A DNA stretch of 64,000 nucleotides from Mantamonas sphyraenae STR306 (Eukaryota; Protista; CRuMs), in NCBI GenBank assembly GCA_026936335.1, contig JAPMXV010000051.1, forward strand, positions 124,001 to 188,000. Reading direction: 5' to 3'. A program made the position numbers and the translations under genes. This document shows positions 12,801 through 22,839 of this stretch, in pieces; position 1 is the first letter of the stretch; each line of letters begins with the position of its first letter. The notes under the pieces were generated by a model. The model was not told where the DNA came from. It saw only the letters and a program-made list of their open reading frames with translations, and ran no database searches.

Positions 12801-15800
12801 TGCACCCGTCGCCTGATCTCCAGTGCCTGTTCATGCAACTCCAGTGCCCGATCGTACTCCCCCTTGGCATAGTACACCGCAGCCATGTTGTGGATGCTCG
12901 CAGCGACTTCCGGGTGCTCATCCCCACCATGCACCCGTCGTCTGATCTCCAGTGCCTGCTCATGCAACTCCAGTGCCCGATCGTACTCCCCCTTGGCATG
13001 GTACACCACAGCCATGTTGTGGATGCTCGTGGCCACATCCGGGTGCTCATCCCCACCATGCACCCGTCGCCTGATCTCCAGTGCCTGTTCATGCAACTCC
13101 AGTGCCCGATCGTACTCCCCCTTGGCATAGTACACCGCAGCCATGTTGTGGATGCTCGCAGCGACTTCCGGGTGCTCATCCCCACCATGCACCCGTCGCC
13201 TGATCGCCAGTGCCTGCTCATACAGCTCCAGTGCCTGATCGTACTCTCCCTTGGCCTGATACACCTCAGCCATGTTGTGGATGCTCGCAGCGACTTCCGG
13301 GTGCTCATCCCCACCATGCACCCGTCGCCTGATCGCCAGTGCCTTCTCATACAGCTCCAGTGCCTGATCGTACTCTCCCTTGGCATAGTACACCTCAGCC
13401 ATGTTGTGGATGCTCGCAGCGACTTCCGGGTGCTCATCCCCACCATGCACCCGTCGTCTGATCTCCAGTGCCTGCTCATGCAACTCCAGTGCCCGATCGT
13501 ACTCTCCCTTGGCATGGTACAACTTAGCCATGTTGCTGATGCTCGTGGCCACACCCGAGGGTTGATCTCCACCATGCAGCCGTCGCTTGATCGCCAGTGC
13601 CTGCTGATACAGCTCCAGTGCCTGATCGTACTCTCCCTTGGCATGGTACACCACAGCCATGTTTTGGATGCTCGTGGCCACACTCGGGTGCTCATCTCCA
13701 CCATGCACCCGTCGCCTGATCTCCAGTGCCTGTTCATACAGCTCCAGTGCCCGATCGTACTCTCCCTTGGCATGGTACACCACAGCCATGTTGTGGATGA
13801 TCGTGGCCACACTCGGGTGCTCATCTCCACCATGCACCCGTCGCCTGATCGCCAGTGCCTGCTCATGCAACTCCAGTGCCCGATCGTACTCTCCCTTGGC
13901 ATAGTACACCTCAGACATGTTGTGGATGCTCGCAGCGACTTTCGGGTACTCATCCCCACCATGCACCCGTCGCCTGATCTCCAGTGCCTGCTCATGCAAC
14001 TCCAGTGCCCGATCGTACTCTCCCTTGGCATAGTACACCTCAGCCATGTTGTGGATGCTCGCAGCGACTTCCGGGTGCTCATCCCCACCATGCACCCGTC
14101 GTCTGATCTCCAGTGCCTGCTCATGCAACTCCAGTGCCCGATCGTACTCTCCCTTGGCATGGTACACCACAGCCATGTTGTGGATGCTTGCAGCGACTTT
14201 CGGGTGCTCATCCCCACCATGCACCCGTCGCCTGATCTCCAGTGCCTGCTCATGCAACTCCAGTGCCCGATCGTACTCTCCCTTGGCATAGTACACCTCA
14301 GCCATGTTGTGGATGCTCGCAGCGACTTCCGGGTGCTCATCCCCACCATGCACCCGTCGCCTGATCGCCAGTGCCTGTTCATGCAGTTGCAGTGCCCGAT
14401 CGTACTCTCCCTTTGCCTTGTATGCCAACGCCATTTTGTGGATGATCGTGGCCACAGACAGGTGCTCATCTTCACCATGCACCCGTCGCCTGATCTCCAG
14501 TGCCTGTTCATGCAGCTCCATTGCCCGATCGTACTCTCCCTTTGCCTTGTACGCCAACGCCATGTTTTGGATGATCGTGGCCACAGACGGGTGCTCATCT
14601 CCACCATGCACCCGTCGCCTGATCTCCAGTGCCTGTTCATACAGCTCCAGTGCCCGATCGTACTCTCCCTTGGCATGGTACACCACAGCCATGTTGTGGA
14701 TGCTCGCAGCGACTTCCGGGTGCTCATCCCCACCATGCACCCGTCGCCTGATCGCCAGTGCCTGTTCATGCAGTTGCAGTGCCCGATCGTACTCTCCCTT
14801 GGCATAGTACACCTCAGCCATGTTGTGGATGCTCGATGCCACATCCGGGTGCTCATCCCCACCATGCACCCGTCGCCTCATCTCCAGTGCCTGCTCATGC
14901 AACTCCAGTGCCCGATCGTACTCTCCCTTGGCCTCGTACACCTCAGCCATGTTGTGGATGCTCGCAGCGACTTCCGGGTGCTCATCCCCACCATGCACCC
15001 GTCGCCTCATCTCCAGTGCCTGCTCATGCAATTCCAGTGCCCGATCGTACTCTCCCTTGGCCTCGTACACCTCAGCCATGTTGTGGATGCTCGCAGCGAC
15101 TTCCGGGTGCTCATCCCCACCATGCACCCGTCGCCTGATCTCCAGTGCCTGCTCATGCAACTCCAGTGCCCGATCGTACTCTCCCTTGGCCTCGTACACC
15201 TCAGCCATGTTGTGGATGCTCGCAGCGACTTCCGGGTGCTCATCCCCACCATGCACCCGTCGCCTGATCTCCAGTGCCTGCTCATGCAACTCCAGTGCCC
15301 GATCGTACTCTCCCTTGGCATAGTACACCTCAGCCATGTTGTGGATGCTGGATGCCACATCCGGGTGCTCATCCCCACCATGCACCCGTCGCCTCATCTC
15401 CAGTGCCTGCTCATGCAACTCCAGTGCCCGATCGTACTCTCCCTTGGCCTCGTACACCTCAGCCATGTTGTGGATGCTCGCAGCGACTTCCGGGTGCTCA
15501 TCCCCACCATGCACCCGTCGCCTCATCTCCAGTGCCTGCTCATGCAATTCCAGTGCCCGATCGTACTCTCCCTTGGCCTCGTACACCTCAGCCATGTTGT
15601 GGATGCTCGCAGCGACTTCCGGGTGCTCATCCCCACCATGCACCCGTCGCCTGATCTCCAGTGCCTGCTCATGCAACTCCAGTGCCCGATCGTACTCTCC
15701 CTTGGCCTCGTACACCTCAGCCATGTTGTGGATGCTCGCAGCGACTTCCGGGTGCTCATCCCCACCATGCACCCGTCGCCTGATCTCCAGTGCCTGCTCA

Positions 15801-18800
15801 TGCAACTCCAGTGCCCGATCGTACTCTCCCTTGGCATAGTACACCTCAGCCATGTTGTGGATGCTCGATGCCACATCCGGGTGCTCATCCCCACCATGCA
15901 CCCGTCGCCTCATCTCCAGTGCCTGCTCATGCAACTCCAGTGCCCGATCGTACTCTCCCTTGGCCTCGTACACCTCAGCCATGTTGTGGATGCTCGCAGC
16001 GACTTCCGGGTGCTCATCCCCACCATGCACCCGTCGCCTCATCTCCAGTGCCTGCTCATGCAAATTCCAGTGCCCGATCGTACTCTCCCTTGGCCTCGTA
16101 CACCTCAGCCATGTTGTGGATGCTCGCAGCGACTTCCGGGTGCTCATCCCCACCATGCACCCGTCGCCTGATCTCCAGTGCCTGCTCATGCAACTCCAGT
16201 GCCCGATCGTACTCTCCCTTGGCCTCGTACACCTCAGCCATGTTGTGGATGCTCGCAGCGACTTCCGGGTGCTCATCCCCACCATGCACCCGTCGCCTGA
16301 TCTCCAGTGCCTGCTCATGCAACTCCAGTGCCCGATCGTACTCTCCCTTGGCATAGTACACCTCAGCCATGTTGTGGATGCTCGAGCCACATCCGGGTGC
16401 TCATCCCCACCATGCACCCGTCGCCTCATCTCCAGTGCCTGCTCATGCAACTCCAGTGCCCGATCGTACTCTCCCTTGGCCTCGTACACCTCAGCCATGT
16501 TGTGGATGCTCGCAGCGACTTCCGGGTGCTCATCCCCACCATGCACCCGTCGCCTCATCTCCAGTGCCTGCTCATGCAGTTGCAGTGCCCGATCGTACTC
16601 TCCCTTTGCCTTGTACGCCAACGCCATTTTGTGGATGATCGTGGCCACAGACGGGTGCTCATCCCCACCATGCACCCGTCGCCTGATCGCCAGTGCCTGC
16701 TCATACAGCTCCAGTGCCCGAGCGTACTCTCCCTTGGCATGGTACACCTCAGCCATGTTGTGGATGATCGTGGCCACACTCGGGTGCTCATCTCCACCAT
16801 GCACCCGTCGCCTGATCGCCAGTGCCTGCTCATACAGCTCCAGTGCCCGATCGTACTCTCCCTTGGCATAGTACACCTCAGCCATGTTGTGGATGCTGGA
16901 TGCCACATCCGGGTGCTCATCCCCACCATGCACCCGTCGCCTCATCTCCAGTGCCTGCTCATGCAACTCCAGTGCCCGATCGTACTCTCCCTTGGCATAG
17001 TACACCTCAGCCATGTTGTGGATGCTCGCAGCGACTTCCGGGTGCTCATCCCCACCATGCACCCGTCGCCTGATCTCCAGTGCTTGCTCATACAGCTCCA
17101 GTGCACGCTCGTACTCTCCCTTGGTATGATACACCAAAGCCACGTTGTGGATGCTCGTGGCCACAGACGGGTGCTCATCCCCACCATGCACCCGTCGCTT
17201 GATCTCCAGTGCCTGTTCATACAGCTCCAGTGCCCGATCGTACTCTCCCTTTGCTTCGTTCATCTCAGCCAAGTTGTGCATGCTCCTTCCCCAACCCTCA
17301 TTCTCATCCCCATCCATGCCTGCCCTCTTCTGCACCTCCATCACCTCCTCCAGCACCCTCTCCGCCTCTTCATATGCTCCCATCCATTCATGCACCTCTG
17401 CCACATTCTGCCCAACCCAACACACGTCTTTCACCTCACCTGCTGCTTGGCATGCTGCATGACACACCTTCCACACCCGTTCCCCATGCATAAGCATCCC
17501 TCTGTGCCACACCAGCTCCTCCAATGCCCCACGGCTGTTGATTTGGAACTCCTTCCACAGCATCCTCAGCACACGCTGACATGCCTCCATTCCCCCGTCT
17601 GTCTCCGCCTGTAGCTCCTCCCCTCCTCGCGCCATCATCTGCACCAATTCATGCACCTGCCAACCATCCCCATCCACAGCCCGTTGCAACAGCGACACAC
17701 GCTTCAGCGCCTTCATAGCCTTCTTCGCTCTCCTCTTGGCCTTTTCCCTGCTACCAACTCCGTCCACATCCTCCATCAGTGTCACTACCACCCGCTCCTG
17801 CACCCCTCCCCCATCCAACAGTGCCAGACACTGCATCAGTCCCACTGCATCCTCGTTCTCCTCCCCAGCTGCCTCCATCGCCATCTTCCACACTGCCATC
17901 GCCGTCATGTCGTACACATCTGACACAATTCCATCCTCCATAACCTCCACACTCGCCTTCAGTCCCTCTCTGAAGTCGCTCACTCGCGTTTCGTCTTCCT
18001 CTTCCCCAATCACAGCCGCTGCTTGTCGCACAGCCAGCGCCATCCCTCCCAGAAGCCCCTTCAGCTCCCAATACGCCTTCACCTCCTCCTCTTCATCCTC
18101 TCCATCCACTATCACCACTCCCTCACTGGCAAACACTGCATCCACCTCCTTGTCCTCCATGATCCCCACTCGCACCACTTTGTCCACCGCCCTCTTGTCC
18201 CAAATCCCATCCTTCCACGTCGTCACCACCACCGTCCCTCCCTCCTGCAGCACAGGTTCCACATCGTCCCACTTCTCCACTCCATCCATAACCATCACCC
18301 ACCGTCGTCCCTTCAGCGCACGCATCGTCTGCCCCGCCATCCCTTCCCGCACCTCCTCCTTGTTCGCCATACCCACCTTTTCATCCGTCAACACCCCCAA
18401 TGCCACACCCAATTGCAGCACATCACTCATCACCTCCTCCCTGCTCTGCCCACGCACCCACCACACCACCTCTGCCGCCCTTTCCTCCTTCACCTTCCAC
18501 GCATACATCTGTGCCACACTTGTCTTGCCCATGCCCCGTGCCCCATGCATCACCACCACCCCGTCTTCACCCCACACCTTCTCCATGACCCCATTCCTCT
18601 CCACCAGCTCTCTTTCCTTGCTCAGATTGTCCACCCGCTTTGCCCATCCTGCCTCTGCCTCCTTTGCACTTCTCCCTCTCCCATTCACCAGCCTCTCCTT
18701 CTCCCACCCCTCCCACGTCACCAACACTGCCTTCTTCCCCTCTCTGACCCCACCTGCCTTCTGTGCTTCCCCAAACGCCGTCTCCACGCTTTCCCCCGCT

Positions 18801-19510
18801 CCCAATGCCTCATAGAACGCCCCTGCTATCTTCACAGCTGCCCCATCCAGCACCTTCTCCCTGTATCCAATCACCACTGGCACATACTCACCCACCTTCT
18901 TTGCCATCTCCTCGCTCTCACACCCGTTCAGAAACACCAGCACGGGCCTTGCCTCCCTCACTGCATCCACAAGTGTCTGCCGCATCACATCCGCATCCTC
19001 AGCCTCCACGTACTCCCTTCCCATGTGTGCCGCAATATGCACCATGTGCTCCCCATACTCACGCACAAGCCGCACCACAGCGTCCTGACGCGTCTCCAGC
19101 CTCGCCAATGGCTCCAATGGCGACTCATGACACACCCCCTCAATCACCCGCTGCTCCTCCACGGACCCCAGTGTCCCATCCCCATCATTCCCCAGCACCA
19201 GCACCCTCACATCCCTCATTCCGCCCTCCTCCCACCAGTGATCACCAAACTTCCCCCTTCTTTTCGTGTTCTCATCCTTTCCCTGCCCATCCCTCCCTCC
19301 AGACGACGAAGATGACTCACCCGTATGCGTCCCACCCACCCTCCCCACTCCATCCACAACCACACCCTCTTCCTCACCCCCCTCCCGCCCTTCCCTCTCG
19401 CGGCCGCTTTCCCCTCTTGACATCTCCACCTCCCCCGCCCTTCCCTTCCCTCCCTCCTCCCTCTCTCTCCTCCCCCCTGCTTCCCCATCTGTACTCTCCC
19501 CTTTCTGCAT
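897..19510 (-). CDS. Giant NLR-like protein (~6,100-6,200 aa): CHAT protease + NB-ARC/STAND + ~117 TPR (kinesin-light-chain-like, 43 aa) + acidic Gly/Asp/Ser repeats + C-terminal hydrophobic helix; frameshifted in this assembly
   Basis: Stitched from ORFs 9092..19510, 16056..16370, 2293..14865 (TPR frame below ~9150) and 897..4160 (tail below ~2150). CHAT: MVHIAAH, LVFLNGCES, VPVVIGY, D-AA-IAGAFYEALGAGESVETAF. NB-ARC: GARGMGKT, WVMVMDGVE, VVVTTW, GGMALAVRQAAA, VHELVQ. Indels against the repeat consensus at ~16385 (-1), ~16062 (+1), ~9150 (-2) and several at ~2150-2295. Alternative start ATG at 19219 (MRDVRVLVLG) avoids overlap with the HLTF ORF. Confidence 0.85.
1107..1745 (-). repeat. Three near-identical tandem 213-bp (71-aa) coding repeats, D/G/S-rich, with degenerate flanking copies
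   Basis: The motif ctcctcgttgcgagcg recurs at 1181, 1394 and 1607 (period 213). Unit: DSDGGDPGDRPVSSDEESGDADSDNDGSGSDSDTYNVNSDIRSQRGGDGEGDDAQGGENPGAGRGGGGGDD. Confidence 0.95.
2135..17285 (-). repeat. Tandem array of ~117 copies of a 129-bp coding unit (43-aa TPR)
   Basis: Consensus MAEVYYAKGEYDRALELHEQALEIRRRVHGGDEHPEVAASIHN; ~15.15 kb / 129 bp = ~117 units; no spacers between units. Confidence 0.97.
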
Positions 19511-22500
19511 CCTGCACCAACTCTCTCTCTATTGAACGTTGCCCACCACCGCGCACCCCTCCCTCCCTCCCTCCCATCACTCCACCACCTCCACCCCCCC
19601 CATCCCCCCTCCCCCTCGCAAACCCCGGCAAATCAAACAACATCGCCACATCCCTCCCCTGCAACCTCCTCACCGCCTCCCCATCCAACCCCTGCCCCAT
19701 CGCCACCTGCGCCATCGCCCGCTTCCTCTCCTGCAGCTTCAAAATATTCTCCTCAATCGACCCTGCCATCACATACCGCACCACCTTCACCGGCCTCCTC
19801 TGCCCACACCGATACACCCTATCCACCGCCTGCGACTCTGTGGCCGGATTCCACCACGGGTCCATCAAAAACACCTGGTTTGCCCTCACCAAGTCCAGAC
19901 CCGTCCCACCCGCACGCAACGACACCAAAAACACACGCACCCCATCGTCCTCCTCAAACCGTTCCAGCTCCGCCTGCCGCTCCTCGTTGCCCATGCTCCC
20001 GTCCAGCCTGCACACCTCCAGGCCCTCCTCCCTCAATCCCTTTTCCACAATGTCCAGCATCGACGTCCACTGCGAAAACACCACTGCCTTGTTCGACTCG
20101 GGCATCTCCCGCAGTGCCTCCATCAGTGCACGCACCTTTGTCGACTCTCCCGGATCCGCACTTGCCAGCAGCTCTGCACGCGTCGCCTTCACCGCCTGTG
20201 CCTGCTTGGCCTGTGCCGTGGCCTCCACCTCTTCACCCAGCCGCACCAGATGGTTCACCTCCACATCCGCACGGCACAGTGGACACGTGCTGCGTCCCAG
20301 CTGCCGAAACTGCGACTGCAGAAACGCACGGATGCACGCCCAGCAAAACACGTGTTTGCACGCCGTAATCGTCGCCTCCTCACGCTGCACGTCCTCCAAA
20401 CAGATCACACACTCCAACGCATCGCCGCTCTCCTGCACCAGCTGTGCCTCCAATGCCTCCTGCAGACCCTTGACCGTCTCTGCGTCCAACATGTCCACCT
20501 GCGCCTGCTGGCCACCGCTCCCACTCGCTGCATTCTCCCGCTCCTCCCGCGCCGCCTCCACCGCCTCGTGCACATCCCTCACCGCCGCCTCCATGTCAAA
20601 CAAGTGCGTGGGATGGTCGCACAGCTGCCGCAGCCGCATGAGGATGCCCAACACCACCGAGAACCGCCTCATCACCTCTCCGTGCTCCTCATACTCCTCC
20701 AACGCCTCCACCGCCACGTCGTAAAACGCCTGGAAGCGATCGCGTTCCAACGAGGACATTTCCAGCCGCTGCAGGTACTCCTTGCGCGGTGGCAGACGCA
20801 GGATGGGCTGCCCGTCCATCGTGGTCTGTTTCGTGCGCCGCAGACACAGTCCCAGCATCAGATTCTGCACGTTGCGAAACGCAGACTCCTCCTTCTTACG
20901 CCACGGCCGCGCAATCACCCGCTGGAACAGTTTCTGGCTGTCCAGCGGTTCCACCTTGAGAAACTCCAGGATGGCGTACAGCTCGCGGATGTGATTCTGC
21001 AACGGCGTCCCACTCAGAATCCAACGCCTGTGTGCACGCAACTCCACTGCCCCCTTGTGTGTGGCCGTCGCCGCGTTGTTGATCAGATGGCCCTCGTCCA
21101 GCACCACGCGCAGAAACGCACACGCCATCAGCGGCCACTTGCTCTTCTTCCCACCCTTCCCACGCAGACTCTTGCTCGTGGCAGTCTCCTTGTCGACGCC
21201 ACGTCGCATCAGCGAGTACTCCTTCTGCACCACGTTGTATGTGGTCAACACAATGTCGTGTTCCTGCAGAAACGCAGGATCCCCACTGCGCTGTGGCCCG
21301 TGATGGATGTACACCGACAGCGCGTTCTTCACGGTGTGTTTCTTGATCTGTTGGTGCCACTGGCCCACCAACGACAGCGGGCACACAATCAGTGTGGTTT
21401 TGCCAAACCCCTCCGCAGGCCCTGCCGGATTGCACGCCACCAGTGCAATTGCCTCCAGGGTCTTGCCCAGGCCCATGTCATCTGCCAGCACACCACTCTT
21501 GGCAAAGCGCAGGCCGGGGTCGTCTGCCAGCCGTGTGGTGTTGACAAACGGGTTGTGGAACGCCTTTTTCCCGTTGTGCGTCGTTTCGTTGTGACACGCA
21601 CGCACACACCCGTGCGTCTCCACGTTGGCCATCCAAAACAGCGCCTGCCGCTGGTACGGATACAGTTCGGTGGTCACAATGGCCCCCTCCTGCAGCATCG
21701 GCATGTCTGCCACGTCTCGAGAGATCTTGCCAAACAGGGCATTCAGTGCCTCTTCGTTCGTCCTGTCCATCAACTCGGTCGACATGGCCACTTGAGAGGA
21801 CGACGACGACGACGATGAAGAGGACGACGACGACGAACGTGACAACATCCATCCCAGCTGCTTCTCCACACGCGCCCGTGCGTCTTCCGGCCCATACACC
21901 TCCACCCGCACCGGACTCTCATAATACCCACTGGCACCGTACGGCACAACGGCCTCCAGTGTCACCTCGTCCATCGAGTCCATGATCACGCTCAGCCGCT
22001 TGGCCTCGGTGGCCTTGATGTGGCCCACCTTGACACCTGACAGGTTGTCCACGCGGATGGCATTCCGGTCGTACGGATTCCGTGGCTCACGCACAAGGTA
22101 CACCACCTCGCCGTTGTTGAGAATCCCCGAGTAGTAGCGCTTGCCGACACACGTGCCCTCGCACGTGCCCAGCAACACGTTGGGTTCCGGAGATTCCGCC
22201 CGCTCCTCTTCTCCCTCCTCCTCACGCAGCGCAAACTGGTTGGCACGTCCCATGGCCAGCGCCTGCGACAGTGGGATGTCCTTGAACCCATCCTCCAGTT
22301 CCATCAGCTCACTCTCCACTTTCCCTTTGCCCCCCTTGCCGTCCGTTGACATCCCAAGCAAACTCACCGCCCTTGACACCTCCACCCCGGCTGCACGCAC
22401 TGCCTCCAGATTCGACGTCGGTCCCTTCTTGGGCGACTTTGGCCCACCACGCTTGCGCTTCTTTGCAGCCGGTGTCCCCTTGCGTGTCCCTGCGTCCTCT

Positions 22501-22706
22501 CCGTCACGGTACATCTCCTCCTCCTCCTCCTCCTCCCCTTGTCCCGCTCCTGCCTCCCACTCCTCCTCTTCCTCCTCCTTCCCTTTACGCTTCCTCGACA
22601 CTCTCCCTTGATCCACCTCCTCCTCACCCAGCAACTCTTCCAGTTCCTCCTGCGATGCAAATCCTTCGCGCTTCACCTGCGACCTGCTTCGTCGTGGTCT
22701 GCTCAT
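19374..22706 (-). CDS. HLTF: HLTF/Rad5-family SNF2 translocase with HIRAN and RING domains
   Basis: HIRAN (LVREPRNPYDRNAIRVDN...VGHI), SNF2 motifs GVLADDMGLGKT, VVLDEGH, WILSGTPLQN, RING CVICLED...CKHVFCWACI...CPLCR, helicase-C VFSQWTSMLD, GLDLVRANQVFLMDPWWNP, DRVYRCGQ. Single exon; the G-rich C-terminal ~80 aa are uncertain. Confidence 0.9.
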   Translation of the reverse strand: MSRPRRSRSQVKREGFASQEELEELLGEEEVDQGRVSRKRKGKEEEEEEWEAGAGQGEEEEEEEMYRDGEDAGTRKGTPAAKKRKRGGPKSPKKGPTSNLEAVRAAGVEVSRAVSLLGMSTDGKGGKGKVESELMELEDGFKDIPLSQALAMGRANQFALREEEGEEERAESPEPNVLLGTCEGTCVGKRYYSGILNNGEVVYLVREPRNPYDRNAIRVDNLSGVKVGHIKATEAKRLSVIMDSMDEVTLEAVVPYGASGYYESPVRVEVYGPEDARARVEKQLGWMLSRSSSSSSSSSSSSSSQVAMSTELMDRTNEEALNALFGKISRDVADMPMLQEGAIVTTELYPYQRQALFWMANVETHGCVRACHNETTHNGKKAFHNPFVNTTRLADDPGLRFAKSGVLADDMGLGKTLEAIALVACNPAGPAEGFGKTTLIVCPLSLVGQWHQQIKKHTVKNALSVYIHHGPQRSGDPAFLQEHDIVLTTYNVVQKEYSLMRRGVDKETATSKSLRGKGGKKSKWPLMACAFLRVVLDEGHLINNAATATHKGAVELRAHRRWILSGTPLQNHIRELYAILEFLKVEPLDSQKLFQRVIARPWRKKEESAFRNVQNLMLGLCLRRTKQTTMDGQPILRLPPRKEYLQRLEMSSLERDRFQAFYDVAVEALEEYEEHGEVMRRFSVVLGILMRLRQLCDHPTHLFDMEAAVRDVHEAVEAAREERENAASGSGGQQAQVDMLDAETVKGLQEALEAQLVQESGDALECVICLEDVQREEATITACKHVFCWACIRAFLQSQFRQLGRSTCPLCRADVEVNHLVRLGEEVEATAQAKQAQAVKATRAELLASADPGESTKVRALMEALREMPESNKAVVFSQWTSMLDIVEKGLREEGLEVCRLDGSMGNEERQAELERFEEDDGVRVFLVSLRAGGTGLDLVRANQVFLMDPWWNPATESQAVDRVYRCGQRRPVKVVRYVMAGSIEENILKLQERKRAMAQVAMGQGLDGEAVRRLQGRDVAMLFDLPGFARGRGDGGGGGGGVMGGREGGVRGGGQRSIERELVQDAERGEYRWGSRGEEREGGGREGKGGGGGDVKRGKRPREGRAGGG

Positions 22707-22839
22707 CCGAATTTAATTGCATCCGTACGCGTGTGGTCACACCCACCACGGACATCCACCCTAGTCCAACAAGTGCACATCATCACATCACAACTCAGTC
22801 TCACCCTGACAAAATCCACAATCCATTTCTCTCACCACC

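Noticed and set aside
2218-16171. Huge plus-strand ORFs (2218..9156, 8996..16171) and minus-strand W/C/R-rich alternative-frame ORFs as real genes
   Set aside because: Shadow frames: a stop-free repeat unit is simply multiplied, and there are no unique domains at either end.
2135-17285. CRISPR array or non-coding satellite
   Set aside because: No unique spacers; the unit is 129 bp, a multiple of three, and encodes a TPR continuous with an NB-ARC domain; eukaryotic context with no cas genes.
897-19510. Calling the NLR-like gene a pseudogene
   Set aside because: No in-frame nonsense codons are visible in the TPR frame, and similar small indels interrupt conserved genes elsewhere (Amt, BCKDK), pointing to assembly error. 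Not excluded without reads.
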